DNA from: Candidatus Thalassarchaeum betae
Lineage (GTDB): Archaea > Thermoplasmatota > Poseidoniia > Poseidoniales > Thalassarchaeaceae
DNA length: 64,000 nucleotides
NCBI GenBank assembly: GCA_003193925.1
Contig: PSPG01000001.1
Location: 96,001 to 160,000 of the forward strand
Reading direction: 5' to 3'
Part shown: positions 1 to 9,165 of the stretch, piece after piece
Position numbering within the stretch: position 1 is the stretch's first letter
How the letters are laid out: each line of letters starts with the position of its first letter
The notes under the pieces: generated by a model
Seen by the model: the letters and a program-made list of their open reading frames with translations, nothing else
The model's database searches: none
What the model was told of the DNA's origin: nothing
Position numbers and translations under genes: made by a program

Positions 1-86
1 CGAAGGTCGGCACCGGCCAACTCGGCCCCCCTGAGGTCGGCATCGATATGTGATGTGAAGGACCAGTCCTTCGGCGGTTCTGTCAC
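1..86 (-). CDS. Pentapeptide-repeat protein, N-terminal fragment (runs off the window)
   Basis: Manual translation from GTG at 86 gives MTEPPKDWSFTSHIDADLRGAELAGADL, containing A(D/E)Lxx pentapeptide repeats. It starts 9 nt downstream of the 96..638 ORF. Confidence 0.7.
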   Translation of the reverse strand, partial: MTEPPKDWSFTSHIDADLRGAELAGADL

Positions 87-95
87 GGTATCAAC

Positions 96-638
96 TCACA
101 GCGACATCTTCTCGAGGTGGTCGATACCAGCGTCAGTCAAGACGACGTAGCGATTCTTCTCGGGCATGTCCTTGGGATATTCCAACATGGGTGACTGATC
201 CGAACCCCCCTCTAGCATCCGGCTGATGTACAGCGACAGGTTCCACTTCGAAACGTCCTCTTCCGTCCACTTCTTGCTCTGGGAGATTAGTTTCCTCAGG
301 TCGCGTGGAGGCGTGTCTGACTCCTTTTCGACGGACCTGAGGTAGTGGATGGCGGCTAGAATCACGTTGCTCTTCTTCTCGATACCACAGGTGTCGATCA
401 GGCGCCTGAAGGCCGAGCCGCGCTCCGGTATGCCGCTCCTTATCGCGACTTCGCGCGCACTCTCGATGGCTTCCTGCCTAGCCACGCGTATTCTAGAGAG
501 GGTCGACTGCCAAGTGTCCTGTTTGGTGATGTTCAGCCATGCGTCGTTCACTTCACGGGCGGAGCCCGAGAGGTCAATCTCCTCAGATCCCGCCCTGATG
601 TATATTCTGCCCACGCCACTGCTTCTGATTCCGCCCAT
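96..638 (-). CDS. Hypothetical protein, possible C-terminal winged-helix domain
   Basis: 180-aa ORF ending RYVVLTDAGIDHLEKM, a wing plus LTxxG pattern typical of wHTH domains. Confidence 0.6.
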   Translation of the reverse strand: MGGIRSSGVGRIYIRAGSEEIDLSGSAREVNDAWLNITKQDTWQSTLSRIRVARQEAIESAREVAIRSGIPERGSAFRRLIDTCGIEKKSNVILAAIHYLRSVEKESDTPPRDLRKLISQSKKWTEEDVSKWNLSLYISRMLEGGSDQSPMLEYPKDMPEKNRYVVLTDAGIDHLEKMSL

Positions 639-772
639 GCTACCCCCCGGCTATGCGTCTTCGATGTTAATTTGTCGCTGCGTTCCATAACAGGGAGCAA
701 CGCGAATCCGGGGGCTATGGGAGTCATGTTCATCGGGGGATTCAATAAACCCCGATTGAGGGGAGCAGTTCG

Positions 773-1543
773 ATGGAAGAGTACTCGAGCGGCGCCTACC
801 CTCTCGTGCTTCACGCAGGGGCCGATCCTTCTCGTCTGGGCGGTACCGCCGTGTGCGGCTTCTCCACCGTGGGGTCCGTAGGCGTCATAGCGACCTCCCA
901 CCTCATCCAGACTCTGGAACTGAGCCCGATGGGCACAGTCATGCACCCTAAGTTCCCAGCCATCGCGCTGATTCACGATACCGTTCCGAAGCATCCTGTT
1001 CGCGTGTATCAGGGTGACGGAATCGGCGTCTTCACCGCCGAGATACAGTTCCCGAGCGAGAACGACGTCTACTTCGGAGAGACGGTCTTGGAGTGGTTCA
1101 CCAAGGGCGGCTTCGACCGTCTGATTGTAATTGACGGCGTTGTCAGCAACGATCTAGGAATCAAGGAGGACAGCGATCTTTGGGGAGTCGCCTCGACTCA
1201 GATGAGCCGGGACCAGCTCGACGATGCCGGCATCCAGCAGATCCAGCAAGGCATCGTCGCAGGAATAGCCGGCTACCTGATTGCAGAGGGCGAGAGGAGA
1301 GGACTGGATGTCACTGCTCTACTCGCCGAGTGCAATCCGATGTACCCCGATGCCAGAGCCGCGCTCATCGCGGTCGAGGGGCTGAGCGAACTGGTGGACC
1401 GGGAAATCCCCGTTCAGGGACTTCTGAACGACGCTCGCAACATCGAGGAGCGTGTGCGAGATGCCTTCGAGCGAGCACAGTCGATGGCTCTGCCGCCTCC
1501 TGATTCGGACGATGATGACGACAATGTCCCAATGGTCTCCTGA
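773..1543 (+). CDS. PAC2-family proteasome assembly chaperone
   Basis: GFSTVGSVGVIATSHLI, PVRVY, YPDARAA motifs and an acidic C-terminal tail. Confidence 0.88.
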   Translation: MEEYSSGAYPLVLHAGADPSRLGGTAVCGFSTVGSVGVIATSHLIQTLELSPMGTVMHPKFPAIALIHDTVPKHPVRVYQGDGIGVFTAEIQFPSENDVYFGETVLEWFTKGGFDRLIVIDGVVSNDLGIKEDSDLWGVASTQMSRDQLDDAGIQQIQQGIVAGIAGYLIAEGERRGLDVTALLAECNPMYPDARAALIAVEGLSELVDREIPVQGLLNDARNIEERVRDAFERAQSMALPPPDSDDDDDNVPMVS

Positions 1544-1544
1544 C

Positions 1545-2117
1545 CTAGTAGAATGGGTTAGTACCAGCAGCGTGGTCGGTGGCGTCGACGACCTCGGAGA
1601 TTCCGGGTACATTGTCAATGATCATGCCCTCGACGCCCTGCTTGAGGGTGACATCCACCATGCCGCACCCCTGACAACCACCGCCGAAAGCGATGATGGC
1701 CTTGCCCTCATCGACCCCTATCAGGTCGACGTGGCCACCGTGTGAGGCGACTACGGGGTTGACCTCGCTTGCGATAATCTCGGCCACGGCCTCGGAGAGT
1801 TCGTCCATCCACAGTGGGTTCGGGTTGTCGAAGCTGAAGCCGCCCCCCATGAGCGTCTCCTTGTAGTCGAGGGTGGTACCCTCGAGATACTTGGCGCTCC
1901 TTGCGGCGACCAGGATTCGCATGCCCTCGATTTTCAACTCGATGTCATCCTCCTTGGTATCCTTTGTCCCAATGAACTGCAGGTCGTACTGGAAGCCCTT
2001 GGGACCCCTTCCGATTATCTCGACTCTGAGGCACAGCTCGCTGGCCTCATCGGCCTGCGAGGCGAATTGGTCGAGCATCTCGCGTGCCTTCGGGCTGATA
2101 CTCAGCATGGGACTCAA
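1545..2117 (-). CDS. nfuA: NfuA-type Fe-S cluster carrier (degenerate A-type domain plus Nfu domain)
   Basis: N-terminal HesB-like domain (GGGFSFDNPN). C-terminal NifU-C domain VASHGGHV...GGGCQGC...TLKQGVE. Confidence 0.88.
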   Translation of the reverse strand: MSPMLSISPKAREMLDQFASQADEASELCLRVEIIGRGPKGFQYDLQFIGTKDTKEDDIELKIEGMRILVAARSAKYLEGTTLDYKETLMGGGFSFDNPNPLWMDELSEAVAEIIASEVNPVVASHGGHVDLIGVDEGKAIIAFGGGCQGCGMVDVTLKQGVEGMIIDNVPGISEVVDATDHAAGTNPFY

Positions 2118-2195
2118 TAGCCGGCTGGTGCAGCCCTTTATTCAACCTGTCCGAGAACAGGCAAGCCTCATCACCGGAAGGCCCCACGCTGTAAC

Positions 2196-3206
2196 ATGAC
2201 CGACTCGGGAGTGCTCGACCAACTGGGCAGACCCCTCCGAGACCTGCGGATATCGGTCACTGACAGATGCAATTTCAGATGCAGGTACTGCATGCCCCGA
2301 GAGCGCTTCAACGAGGACCACACCTTCTTGCCCCGGCGCGCTTACCTGTCGTTCGACGAGATTGAGAAGGTGGTGCTCGCCTGCAAGCCGCTCGGGCTGG
2401 AGAAGGTCCGCATAACCGGCGGCGAGCCCCTGCTGCGCCCCGACCTGCATGAATTGGTCAGACGCCTTTCCTCCACCGGCGTCGAGGTCGCTCTGACAAC
2501 AAATGCCTCCCTGCTGCCGAGGCAGGCGGCCAGACTTGCCGAGGCCGGTCTCGACCGAGTCACTGTCAGCCTCGATGCGCTGGACTCGAAAATTCACTCG
2601 CAGATGACGGACAGCAGCATCCCGGTCGAGACCGTGCTCGAGGGCATCGATGCGGCACTGCGGTCCGGTTTGGCTCCCGTCAAGGTGAACTGCGTGGTGC
2701 AGCGCGGCGTCAACGAGACAGAGGTCGCACCGCTGGTCCGGCGCTTCCGCGGGACCGGGATTACTGTGCGTTTCATCGAGTACATGGACGTGGGCAGGAC
2801 CAACGGATGGCAGCTCGGGCATGTCGTCCCTTCCGCAGACCTGCTGGGATACCTGCAGGGCGAGTTCGACCTGACCCCGGTCGAGTCCGACAGGCCCAGT
2901 GATGTCGCCCGCCGCTGGGCTCACTCGGATGGCTCGGGCGAGATTGGCTTCATCTCATCTGTCACCGAGCCGTTCTGCGGAGATTGCGTGCGAGCGCGCC
3001 TGTCGGCCGATGGCAGGCTCCACACCTGCTTGTTCGCTTCCGGTGGCCATGACCTCAGGGCCATCGTAGAGAATGGGGCTGAGGGGCAGCAACTGACCGA
3101 GGCGATCGCTGCGATATGGAGAAGGAGAGCCGACCGTTACAGCGAACTGCGCTCGGAGGAGACGTCCGCCCTGCCTCGGATCGAGATGTCTTACATCGGC
3201 GGCTGA
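2196..3206 (+). CDS. moaA: GTP 3',8-cyclase (molybdopterin biosynthesis radical SAM)
   Basis: LRISVTDRCNFRCRYCMP, TGGEPLLR, FCGDC-x13-C second cluster and C-terminal MSYIGG. Confidence 0.96.
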   Translation: MTDSGVLDQLGRPLRDLRISVTDRCNFRCRYCMPRERFNEDHTFLPRRAYLSFDEIEKVVLACKPLGLEKVRITGGEPLLRPDLHELVRRLSSTGVEVALTTNASLLPRQAARLAEAGLDRVTVSLDALDSKIHSQMTDSSIPVETVLEGIDAALRSGLAPVKVNCVVQRGVNETEVAPLVRRFRGTGITVRFIEYMDVGRTNGWQLGHVVPSADLLGYLQGEFDLTPVESDRPSDVARRWAHSDGSGEIGFISSVTEPFCGDCVRARLSADGRLHTCLFASGGHDLRAIVENGAEGQQLTEAIAAIWRRRADRYSELRSEETSALPRIEMSYIGG

Positions 3207-4522
3207 GGCTTGGTCGAGGCGCCTACGATCGCATCCCAGGGAGCATCGGTACGGAAGGCGGGCTTGCCGTAGTGCGCGACTGCCGCTCTATGACCAGCCT
3301 CGCGGAGAGCGTCGACCATGGCTCTCGGGCTGGGGGGGGAGCCGGAGCCGAGCCAACTCGACAGGTCATCGACCAGAATCAGGTGAGCAGCGTCGATGAC
3401 CTCTGCCTCCTGTGAGATGTGCCTGACACTGCGCGCGACGCGCCTGCACTCGTAATCGAAGTCCCGGTCCGACCAGCCGACTGGATCGTCCTCGGCAACG
3501 GGGGGGCCACACATCTCCAGAGCCCGCTCCTCGGTGAGCGAAGCCATCGCATCGCGCTGGCCGATGGACCCGATCCACAGCGGCCCGGAGACCCGCTCGT
3601 CAGAGCGTCCGATGGGGTGAGATAGGGGTAGAAAGCAGTGCATCGGCAGCGAGTCCAGAGAAGTCTGGGGATGCAACCCAGTTGAAATCGACGAGCCGAC
3701 CTCTTCTGCGGTCGGTGAGCTGACCCTCCAGCCAAGTGAGTCCTCGACTTCATTGGCCCCCTCGACGCCGCGCCTCACACAGACCGAGACCCTGAGGAGG
3801 TGGGAATCCCAGATCGACATCAGTGGCTCAATCGATCTCTCATGCCGCGCGGCCGCCCTCGCAAGCGTGGCCAGAAGCACCCGAAGGCCCGAGTCGTGCG
3901 CCAGCCCGTCCGTTCGCACACGCGCTCCATAGCGGCGCAGTAGCGCGCTTTTCGAAGAGCCGGTCAGAGCTGCGCTGTCCGTCGCGCTGACTTCCATCAC
4001 GCCCCTCCTGGCCAGTGACTGGATGGCTGTGTCGAGGAAGGGGAGGGGAGGCCCGTACGGGTCGATGTCGACCCAGTGCCGACCGTGCTCCAGCACGGCT
4101 GTTCTCAGGTCGCCTAGGTGCGCAATCAACTCGCCCTCGCCGTGCTCGGGCGGGAACTCCTCGTGGCACCTCATAGCCCAGTCCAGAGCGACAGGATCCA
4201 TGTCGCCCATCGTCGCGCTGATGCGGGCGGCGCTGTCCGCCGGGAGCTCGTTCAGCCAGCGTCTGGCCCGCAAGCCAGAAGCGGACAATCCGTCCAGAGC
4301 GTAGAGCGTTCCTTCACCGAGCAGGCCAGCCTCGATTGCATGCTGCATCAGCAGGACGCTGCGGGTCCTGCTGCCGGCCATCGCGGGGTTGTGGAAGACC
4401 GCTCCCTCACCCTTCGCAGCAGGTCCCAACCCCGCCCCCGCAGGATCGACTGCCAACCGGCACAGAGTACGCCCCTCGCGGTGCAGCACACCGGGCCAGC
4501 CTTCGGGCTCTGGCGATTCCAT
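3191..4522 (-). CDS. trm1: tRNA (guanine-26 N2,N2)-dimethyltransferase
   Basis: VFHNPAM, LDGLSASGLRARR, VDIDPYG, VSATD, GPLWIG and FRTDAP motifs. Confidence 0.9.
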   Translation of the reverse strand: MESPEPEGWPGVLHREGRTLCRLAVDPAGAGLGPAAKGEGAVFHNPAMAGSRTRSVLLMQHAIEAGLLGEGTLYALDGLSASGLRARRWLNELPADSAARISATMGDMDPVALDWAMRCHEEFPPEHGEGELIAHLGDLRTAVLEHGRHWVDIDPYGPPLPFLDTAIQSLARRGVMEVSATDSAALTGSSKSALLRRYGARVRTDGLAHDSGLRVLLATLARAAARHERSIEPLMSIWDSHLLRVSVCVRRGVEGANEVEDSLGWRVSSPTAEEVGSSISTGLHPQTSLDSLPMHCFLPLSHPIGRSDERVSGPLWIGSIGQRDAMASLTEERALEMCGPPVAEDDPVGWSDRDFDYECRRVARSVRHISQEAEVIDAAHLILVDDLSSWLGSGSPPSPRAMVDALREAGHRAAVAHYGKPAFRTDAPWDAIVGASTKPQPPM

Positions 4523-4572
4523 GCTGGCCCGAGAAGCCTATCGCACAAGGTATTGACGACGCCGAAAACGGC

Positions 4573-5697
4573 TCAGTAGTGCTCGAAGACCACACTCTGA
4601 TCAGAGTGGGTGACCCTTCTGCCACTGTCCTTCACGACCCCTATCCTGCGAGTCCCCGGAAGCCGCTCTGCCAACCACCGTGTGACCGAGTCAGCCACAG
4701 TCTCGGAGACAGCGAGGACCATCCCCATCCCCATGTTGAAGGTGCGGTGCATCTCCCTGCTCTCGATCGAGCCTGCCTCGGCTAGCCATCCGAACTCGGC
4801 AGGCACAGGCAGTGGATCGTCGATGTGCCATCCCAGAGTCTCGTGCAGCCTCAGCAGGTTGGACAGGCCACCCCCGGTGATATGCGCCATCGCCTTGAGA
4901 TCGGCCGATTCGCAGGGCCCGTCGCCGTTCCTGCAGGCCAGCACTAGGTCGACCAGCGGGTCGACGTAGATCCGAGTAGGATTCAGAAGCACCTCTCCGA
5001 GGGTGATGGGACCCTCGCTTCCGCGACCCCGTACGATTCCTCGAGCATCGTGTTCTGGATCAAAGGGAGCAGCCTCGTCGAGTGAGGCGCCAGAGCGCTC
5101 GACCACCGCACGTACCAGTGTGTAGCCGTTGGAGTGGATGCCGCTGCTCGGAAGCCCAATCAGGACGTCGCCTCCTTCCAGCCCCTCACCGGTGATTGCA
5201 TGACCGGCGGGGAACCATCCGAGGGCGGTGCCCGAGAGGTCCAGTTCGGTGACTATCCCCGGAAGGGTAGCCGTCTCTCCCCCGGCCAGCGTAACTCTGG
5301 CCGCCCGGCAGCCTTCAGCCAGCGAGACCCCGAGTACCGAGTGGACCTCCGGATCAGTCTTGGGGACGGCGATGTAGTCGACGAAGGCGAGTGGCTCAGC
5401 ACCCACGCAGATCAGGTCGTTGACGTTCATCGCGACGCAGTCGATTCCGACCCCCTCCAATCTCCCCAATTCACTGGCCAACTGGAGCTTGGAACCGACC
5501 CCGTCGGTAGCCAGCGCGAGCGAAGAGTCTCCGAACTCGACGATGCCCCCGAATCCTCCTGGCAGAGGCACGGGCGCACCCTTCTGGCCCGGGGCCCTCG
5601 TAGAGGAGCCCAGAGAGTCAATCAGGCTGGCGACCGCACGGCTCTCGGCATCGATGTCCACACCGCTGGAAGCGTAGTCCATCGGCTTGTCTCCCAC
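4573..5697 (-). CDS. purM: Phosphoribosylformylglycinamidine cyclo-ligase (AIR synthetase)
   Basis: DYASSGVDID, TDGVGSK, AMNVNDL, GGETA, SSGIHSNG, HITGGG, TFNMGMG. Start is GTG 5697 (GGAGG upstream) or ATG 5682, not 5781. Confidence 0.95.
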   Translation of the reverse strand: MGDKPMDYASSGVDIDAESRAVASLIDSLGSSTRAPGQKGAPVPLPGGFGGIVEFGDSSLALATDGVGSKLQLASELGRLEGVGIDCVAMNVNDLICVGAEPLAFVDYIAVPKTDPEVHSVLGVSLAEGCRAARVTLAGGETATLPGIVTELDLSGTALGWFPAGHAITGEGLEGGDVLIGLPSSGIHSNGYTLVRAVVERSGASLDEAAPFDPEHDARGIVRGRGSEGPITLGEVLLNPTRIYVDPLVDLVLACRNGDGPCESADLKAMAHITGGGLSNLLRLHETLGWHIDDPLPVPAEFGWLAEAGSIESREMHRTFNMGMGMVLAVSETVADSVTRWLAERLPGTRRIGVVKDSGRRVTHSDQSVVFEHY

Positions 5698-5884
5698 ACC
5701 CCTCCGGGAGGGGCTGCACCCCATCATCCTCACTATCGCCGAACCTCGCGCAGGCCCCTGGGAACACCCGAAATCGCACATTTCTCGCCAATATTATTGA
5801 CCCAAACGGTTTACCTGTGGTAATACTCACGAATCTCTATAACCGGTACACATTGTCGCGGGCGCCACTGGAGCGTGAAACGCT

Positions 5885-8800
5885 ATGGAAAATAAGAAAA
5901 TAATTGCAATGATGCTTACCCTGAGCATGCTGACGGCTGCGTTCGTCGGTTGCCTAGGCGGAGATGATGACGAACCGGAACCAGAGATGGTCATGGGTTG
6001 CACGGACGCGGCTGCGAACAACTACAACGCCGACGCGACGATGGACGATGGCTCGTGTACGTATGACCCGACATGGTCCCTGACACCTGCTTCAGGTGTT
6101 AGTGCTGTGTGGGTGACCTCGGACTGGGACCCCATCATCCCCAACCTGATTGCGGGAGATATGTGTGATGCTATTCTCTCGGCAATGACCAAGACGGATG
6201 AGAGAGACCTTGTGGTCGATTTCACTCGTGGCTACTACACCAGCAGCCAAGGAGTCATTGGAGCTAGCGGAGCCGCTGCCATCTCTGGCATCGGCGATTT
6301 GAACGCGGCTGGAACTACGATTGCCCTGCAATCTGGAACCACCTCAGACATCTACGCTCAGGATAACCTGGACGCAGCTACGATCCAAGCCTATCCGGAC
6401 TTCCCCTCGGTAATCGCAGCCATCAACAACGGAGATGCGGACTACGCACTCGGCGACGCACCTGTGCTCGCATTGGAGGGGACTCTTCTGACGACCTTCT
6501 CCGATGAGACATTCGGTCTGGCTATTCGCGAGGGCTCTGACGAGCTCGAAGATGCTCTGAACGTCGCGATAACCGCTCTAGTCGACGGTGGCCAGTACGA
6601 CGCCATCTTCGGAGCCTGGTTCGAGGGCGCGGTCGTCCTGACGGATGACAGAGACGCCAACACAGCGACGGCTTACCCGACACCCACTGAGGGCAGCACC
6701 CTAACCGGTGTCCTCGAGTCTGGTAACCTGAACTTCTGCACGGACCCGTTCTACCCGCCGTTCGAGAACCTCGACGCGGATGGGAACGCAGAGGGCTTCG
6801 ATGTCGATGTCGGCAACGCGATCGCTGAGGAAATGGCCGCCCACTACATGGGTGCGGCCAACCCCGATTTCGTACCGCCTGTTGTTGTGACCACGAAGAT
6901 CGGACTCCTGAACCCACTGACGGGCCCGATCGCTGTCTACGCACCGCCCTTCACTATCGCTGCACAGATGGCGATTGACGACCTGAACGCGGCGGGTGGC
7001 AACTTCGAGCTGGTCGAGGCCGACTCTGGCTGCAGCGGCGATGTCGCTGCTGGAGCCGCCCAGTCCCTAGTGGACGCGGGCGTGGTCGGCGTGGCAGGAG
7101 CTGCCTGCTCCGGTGCTTCGATGGCCGCTAACGCGGTCCTCCATGCTGCCGGTGTCGTGCAGGTCTCCTATGCGAGCACCAACCCCGGTCTGAGCGATGC
7201 AGATGCCTACCCAGGCTTCTGGCGAGTCGTGCCGAGCGATGCCATACAGGGCCCTGCCATGTCTGACATGGTGGCCGCTGCTGGTGCGTCCAACCCGGCA
7301 CTGATCCACATGACCAACGACTACGGTTCTGGTTTGGCAGACGCCTTCGAGGGCGCATGGGGCACTGACAACCTGTGCATCAAGGTCGGCTACGCGGACG
7401 ACCAGACCGACTGGACTGCCGAGGTTCAAGCAATAGGCGACGCTAACTGTGGCTCGGTCGTCATGGTGAGTTACTCCACTGATGGAGCAGCTATCCTTGA
7501 GACAATGGCCGTGGGAGGTATTTCACTACCTACTTTCGGTGCTGACGGCATCGCTGACGCCGCCTTCTTGGACGACTTCAGCGTACCTGCTATCGCTAAC
7601 GGCGTTATGGCTACCAAGCCGCGCGCTGGCTCGAGCGCTGGTGACTTCAACGAGCGCTGCGCTGCGGATGCAGACTGCGCTGGTGGTATCTACACCGCTG
7701 AGACCTACGACGCTGTGATGATGATCGGCGCCGCGTACAACGCGGGCGGCGACATGGCCGATAGCCTCAACTCGGTCGGAGTGGGCTATGGTGGAGCCAG
7801 TGGCTCCCACACGTTCCTTCCGAACGGTGATGTGGCTGGCGCTGGATACGACATCTGCAAGTTCGATGCCCTGTCATCTACTGACATCTACTTCACTTGC
7901 ATGCAGTGGTGGTCAGCGATCGACGGCATCCAGGACACACCCTTTGCGGGTATGACGGTGAAGATCGGCTTCCTGAACCCGATGACGGGCCCGATCGCGG
8001 TCTACGCACCGGGCTTCGGTGTCGCCGCTAACATCGCCCTAGGCATGATGAACATCGCCGGATGGGGCAGCGGACTGCAGTTCGAGTTGGTAATGGTCGA
8101 CTCCGGGTGCAGCCCCGAGACCGCTGCAACCGGCGCCCAGTCCCTACTGGACGCAGGCGTAGTCGGTGTGGTCGGAGCTGCGTGCTCCGGCGCAACGATG
8201 GCCGCCAACGGAATCCTCTCGGCTGCCGGCATCCCGATGATCTCGTACGCGAGCACCAACCCCGGACTCAGCAACGCTACGGCTTACCCGTTGTTCTTCC
8301 GCGTGGTGCCGAGCGACGCCATCCAGGGCCCTGCTCTGGCTGACGTGGTCACCGCCGACGGCGGTTCCGATGTCGCTCTGCTGTACATGACCAACGACTA
8401 CGGCTCGGGTCTGGCAGACTCGTTCGCAGCCGCATGGGAGGGCGCAGGCAACACCCTGTGCGCATCGATAGGCTACGAGGACACAACCACTGACTTCACC
8501 TCGCAGGTGCAGGCCGTGACGGACAACAGCTGTGGCAGCGTTATGCTAATCTCGTACGCTGCTGATGGTGCAGCCATCGTCGAGGAGCTCGCAGCTCAGA
8601 GCTTCTCCGGACAGATCTTCGGAGGCGACGGAATCGCTGAGGAGGGCCTGTGCGCATCTATGGCAGACCCATCCCTGTGCGACGGAATCGTGGCTACCAA
8701 GCCCGCTTCTCCGACGCCGAACGAGCGCTCGGTGGCATTCGGTGCCATCTGCGCTTCGATCCCGGACTGCGCTGGCGGTATCTACACCGCCGAGGCGTTC

Positions 8801-9040
8801 GATGCCATGATCATCCTGGGATACTCTGTGTTCGCGCAGTTGTCCAGCCCCGGAGCGACTCTGGCGCAGATGATCGGCGCCGTCGGTCAGGGATTCGTAG
8901 GCGCCAGTGGCGTCCACACCTTCACCGCTGATGGCGATGTAGGAGGCAGCGGTTACTGTGTTGGCACGTTCAGCATGGTCGACGGTGCGCCTTCCTTCGA
9001 CTGCACCCGCTCGTGGACATTGAGCGGCGGCATAATCTGA
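5885..9040 (+). CDS. Multidomain ABC substrate-binding lipoprotein: permuted family-3 (polar amino acid) domain plus two LivJ/LivK-type domains
   Basis: Lipobox FVGC and GCTDAAANNYNADATMDDGSC motif. Family-3 motifs (ILSAMTKTDER..VDFT; YPPFE..GFDVD). Two copies of KIGxLNPxTGPIA...GAACSGA...ISYASTNP...FxRVVPSD. Confidence 0.9.
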   Translation: MENKKIIAMMLTLSMLTAAFVGCLGGDDDEPEPEMVMGCTDAAANNYNADATMDDGSCTYDPTWSLTPASGVSAVWVTSDWDPIIPNLIAGDMCDAILSAMTKTDERDLVVDFTRGYYTSSQGVIGASGAAAISGIGDLNAAGTTIALQSGTTSDIYAQDNLDAATIQAYPDFPSVIAAINNGDADYALGDAPVLALEGTLLTTFSDETFGLAIREGSDELEDALNVAITALVDGGQYDAIFGAWFEGAVVLTDDRDANTATAYPTPTEGSTLTGVLESGNLNFCTDPFYPPFENLDADGNAEGFDVDVGNAIAEEMAAHYMGAANPDFVPPVVVTTKIGLLNPLTGPIAVYAPPFTIAAQMAIDDLNAAGGNFELVEADSGCSGDVAAGAAQSLVDAGVVGVAGAACSGASMAANAVLHAAGVVQVSYASTNPGLSDADAYPGFWRVVPSDAIQGPAMSDMVAAAGASNPALIHMTNDYGSGLADAFEGAWGTDNLCIKVGYADDQTDWTAEVQAIGDANCGSVVMVSYSTDGAAILETMAVGGISLPTFGADGIADAAFLDDFSVPAIANGVMATKPRAGSSAGDFNERCAADADCAGGIYTAETYDAVMMIGAAYNAGGDMADSLNSVGVGYGGASGSHTFLPNGDVAGAGYDICKFDALSSTDIYFTCMQWWSAIDGIQDTPFAGMTVKIGFLNPMTGPIAVYAPGFGVAANIALGMMNIAGWGSGLQFELVMVDSGCSPETAATGAQSLLDAGVVGVVGAACSGATMAANGILSAAGIPMISYASTNPGLSNATAYPLFFRVVPSDAIQGPALADVVTADGGSDVALLYMTNDYGSGLADSFAAAWEGAGNTLCASIGYEDTTTDFTSQVQAVTDNSCGSVMLISYAADGAAIVEELAAQSFSGQIFGGDGIAEEGLCASMADPSLCDGIVATKPASPTPNERSVAFGAICASIPDCAGGIYTAEAFDAMIILGYSVFAQLSSPGATLAQMIGAVGQGFVGASGVHTFTADGDVGGSGYCVGTFSMVDGAPSFDCTRSWTLSGGII
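6896..9030 (+). repeat. Intragenic tandem duplication of the LivJ/K domain (period about 1065 nt)
   Basis: aagatcggactcctgaacccactgacgggcccgatcgctgtctacgcaccg at 6896 matches aagatcggcttcctgaacccgatgacgggcccgatcgcggtctacgcaccg at 7961, with further near-identical patches. Confidence 0.85.
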
Positions 9041-9077
9041 GTCCTAAAAGTGACTGAATGAAAACTGGGAACGTAAA

Positions 9078-9156
9078 GCACCACTGCGGGCTAACTGCCC
9101 GCCGTGGTGCCCCCCAACAATGATTACCGCACACAGACAGCGTCGAGCGTGCGGTA
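9078..9156 (+). terminator. Two intercistronic stem-loops between the binding-protein and permease genes
   Basis: GCACCAC-T-GCGGGC/TAACT/GCCCGC-C-GTGGTGC (9078-9110) and TACCGCAC...GTGCGGTA (9125-9156). Function is inferred. Confidence 0.55.
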
Positions 9157-9165
9157 GCGCCGCGG

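Noticed and set aside
3191-3206. Overlap of the moaA and trm1 3' ends
   Set aside because: Short convergent overlaps are routine in this compact genome.
5788-5798. CAATA-T-TATTG palindrome upstream of the ABC operon
   Set aside because: Too short and AT-rich to distinguish from chance within a promoter region.
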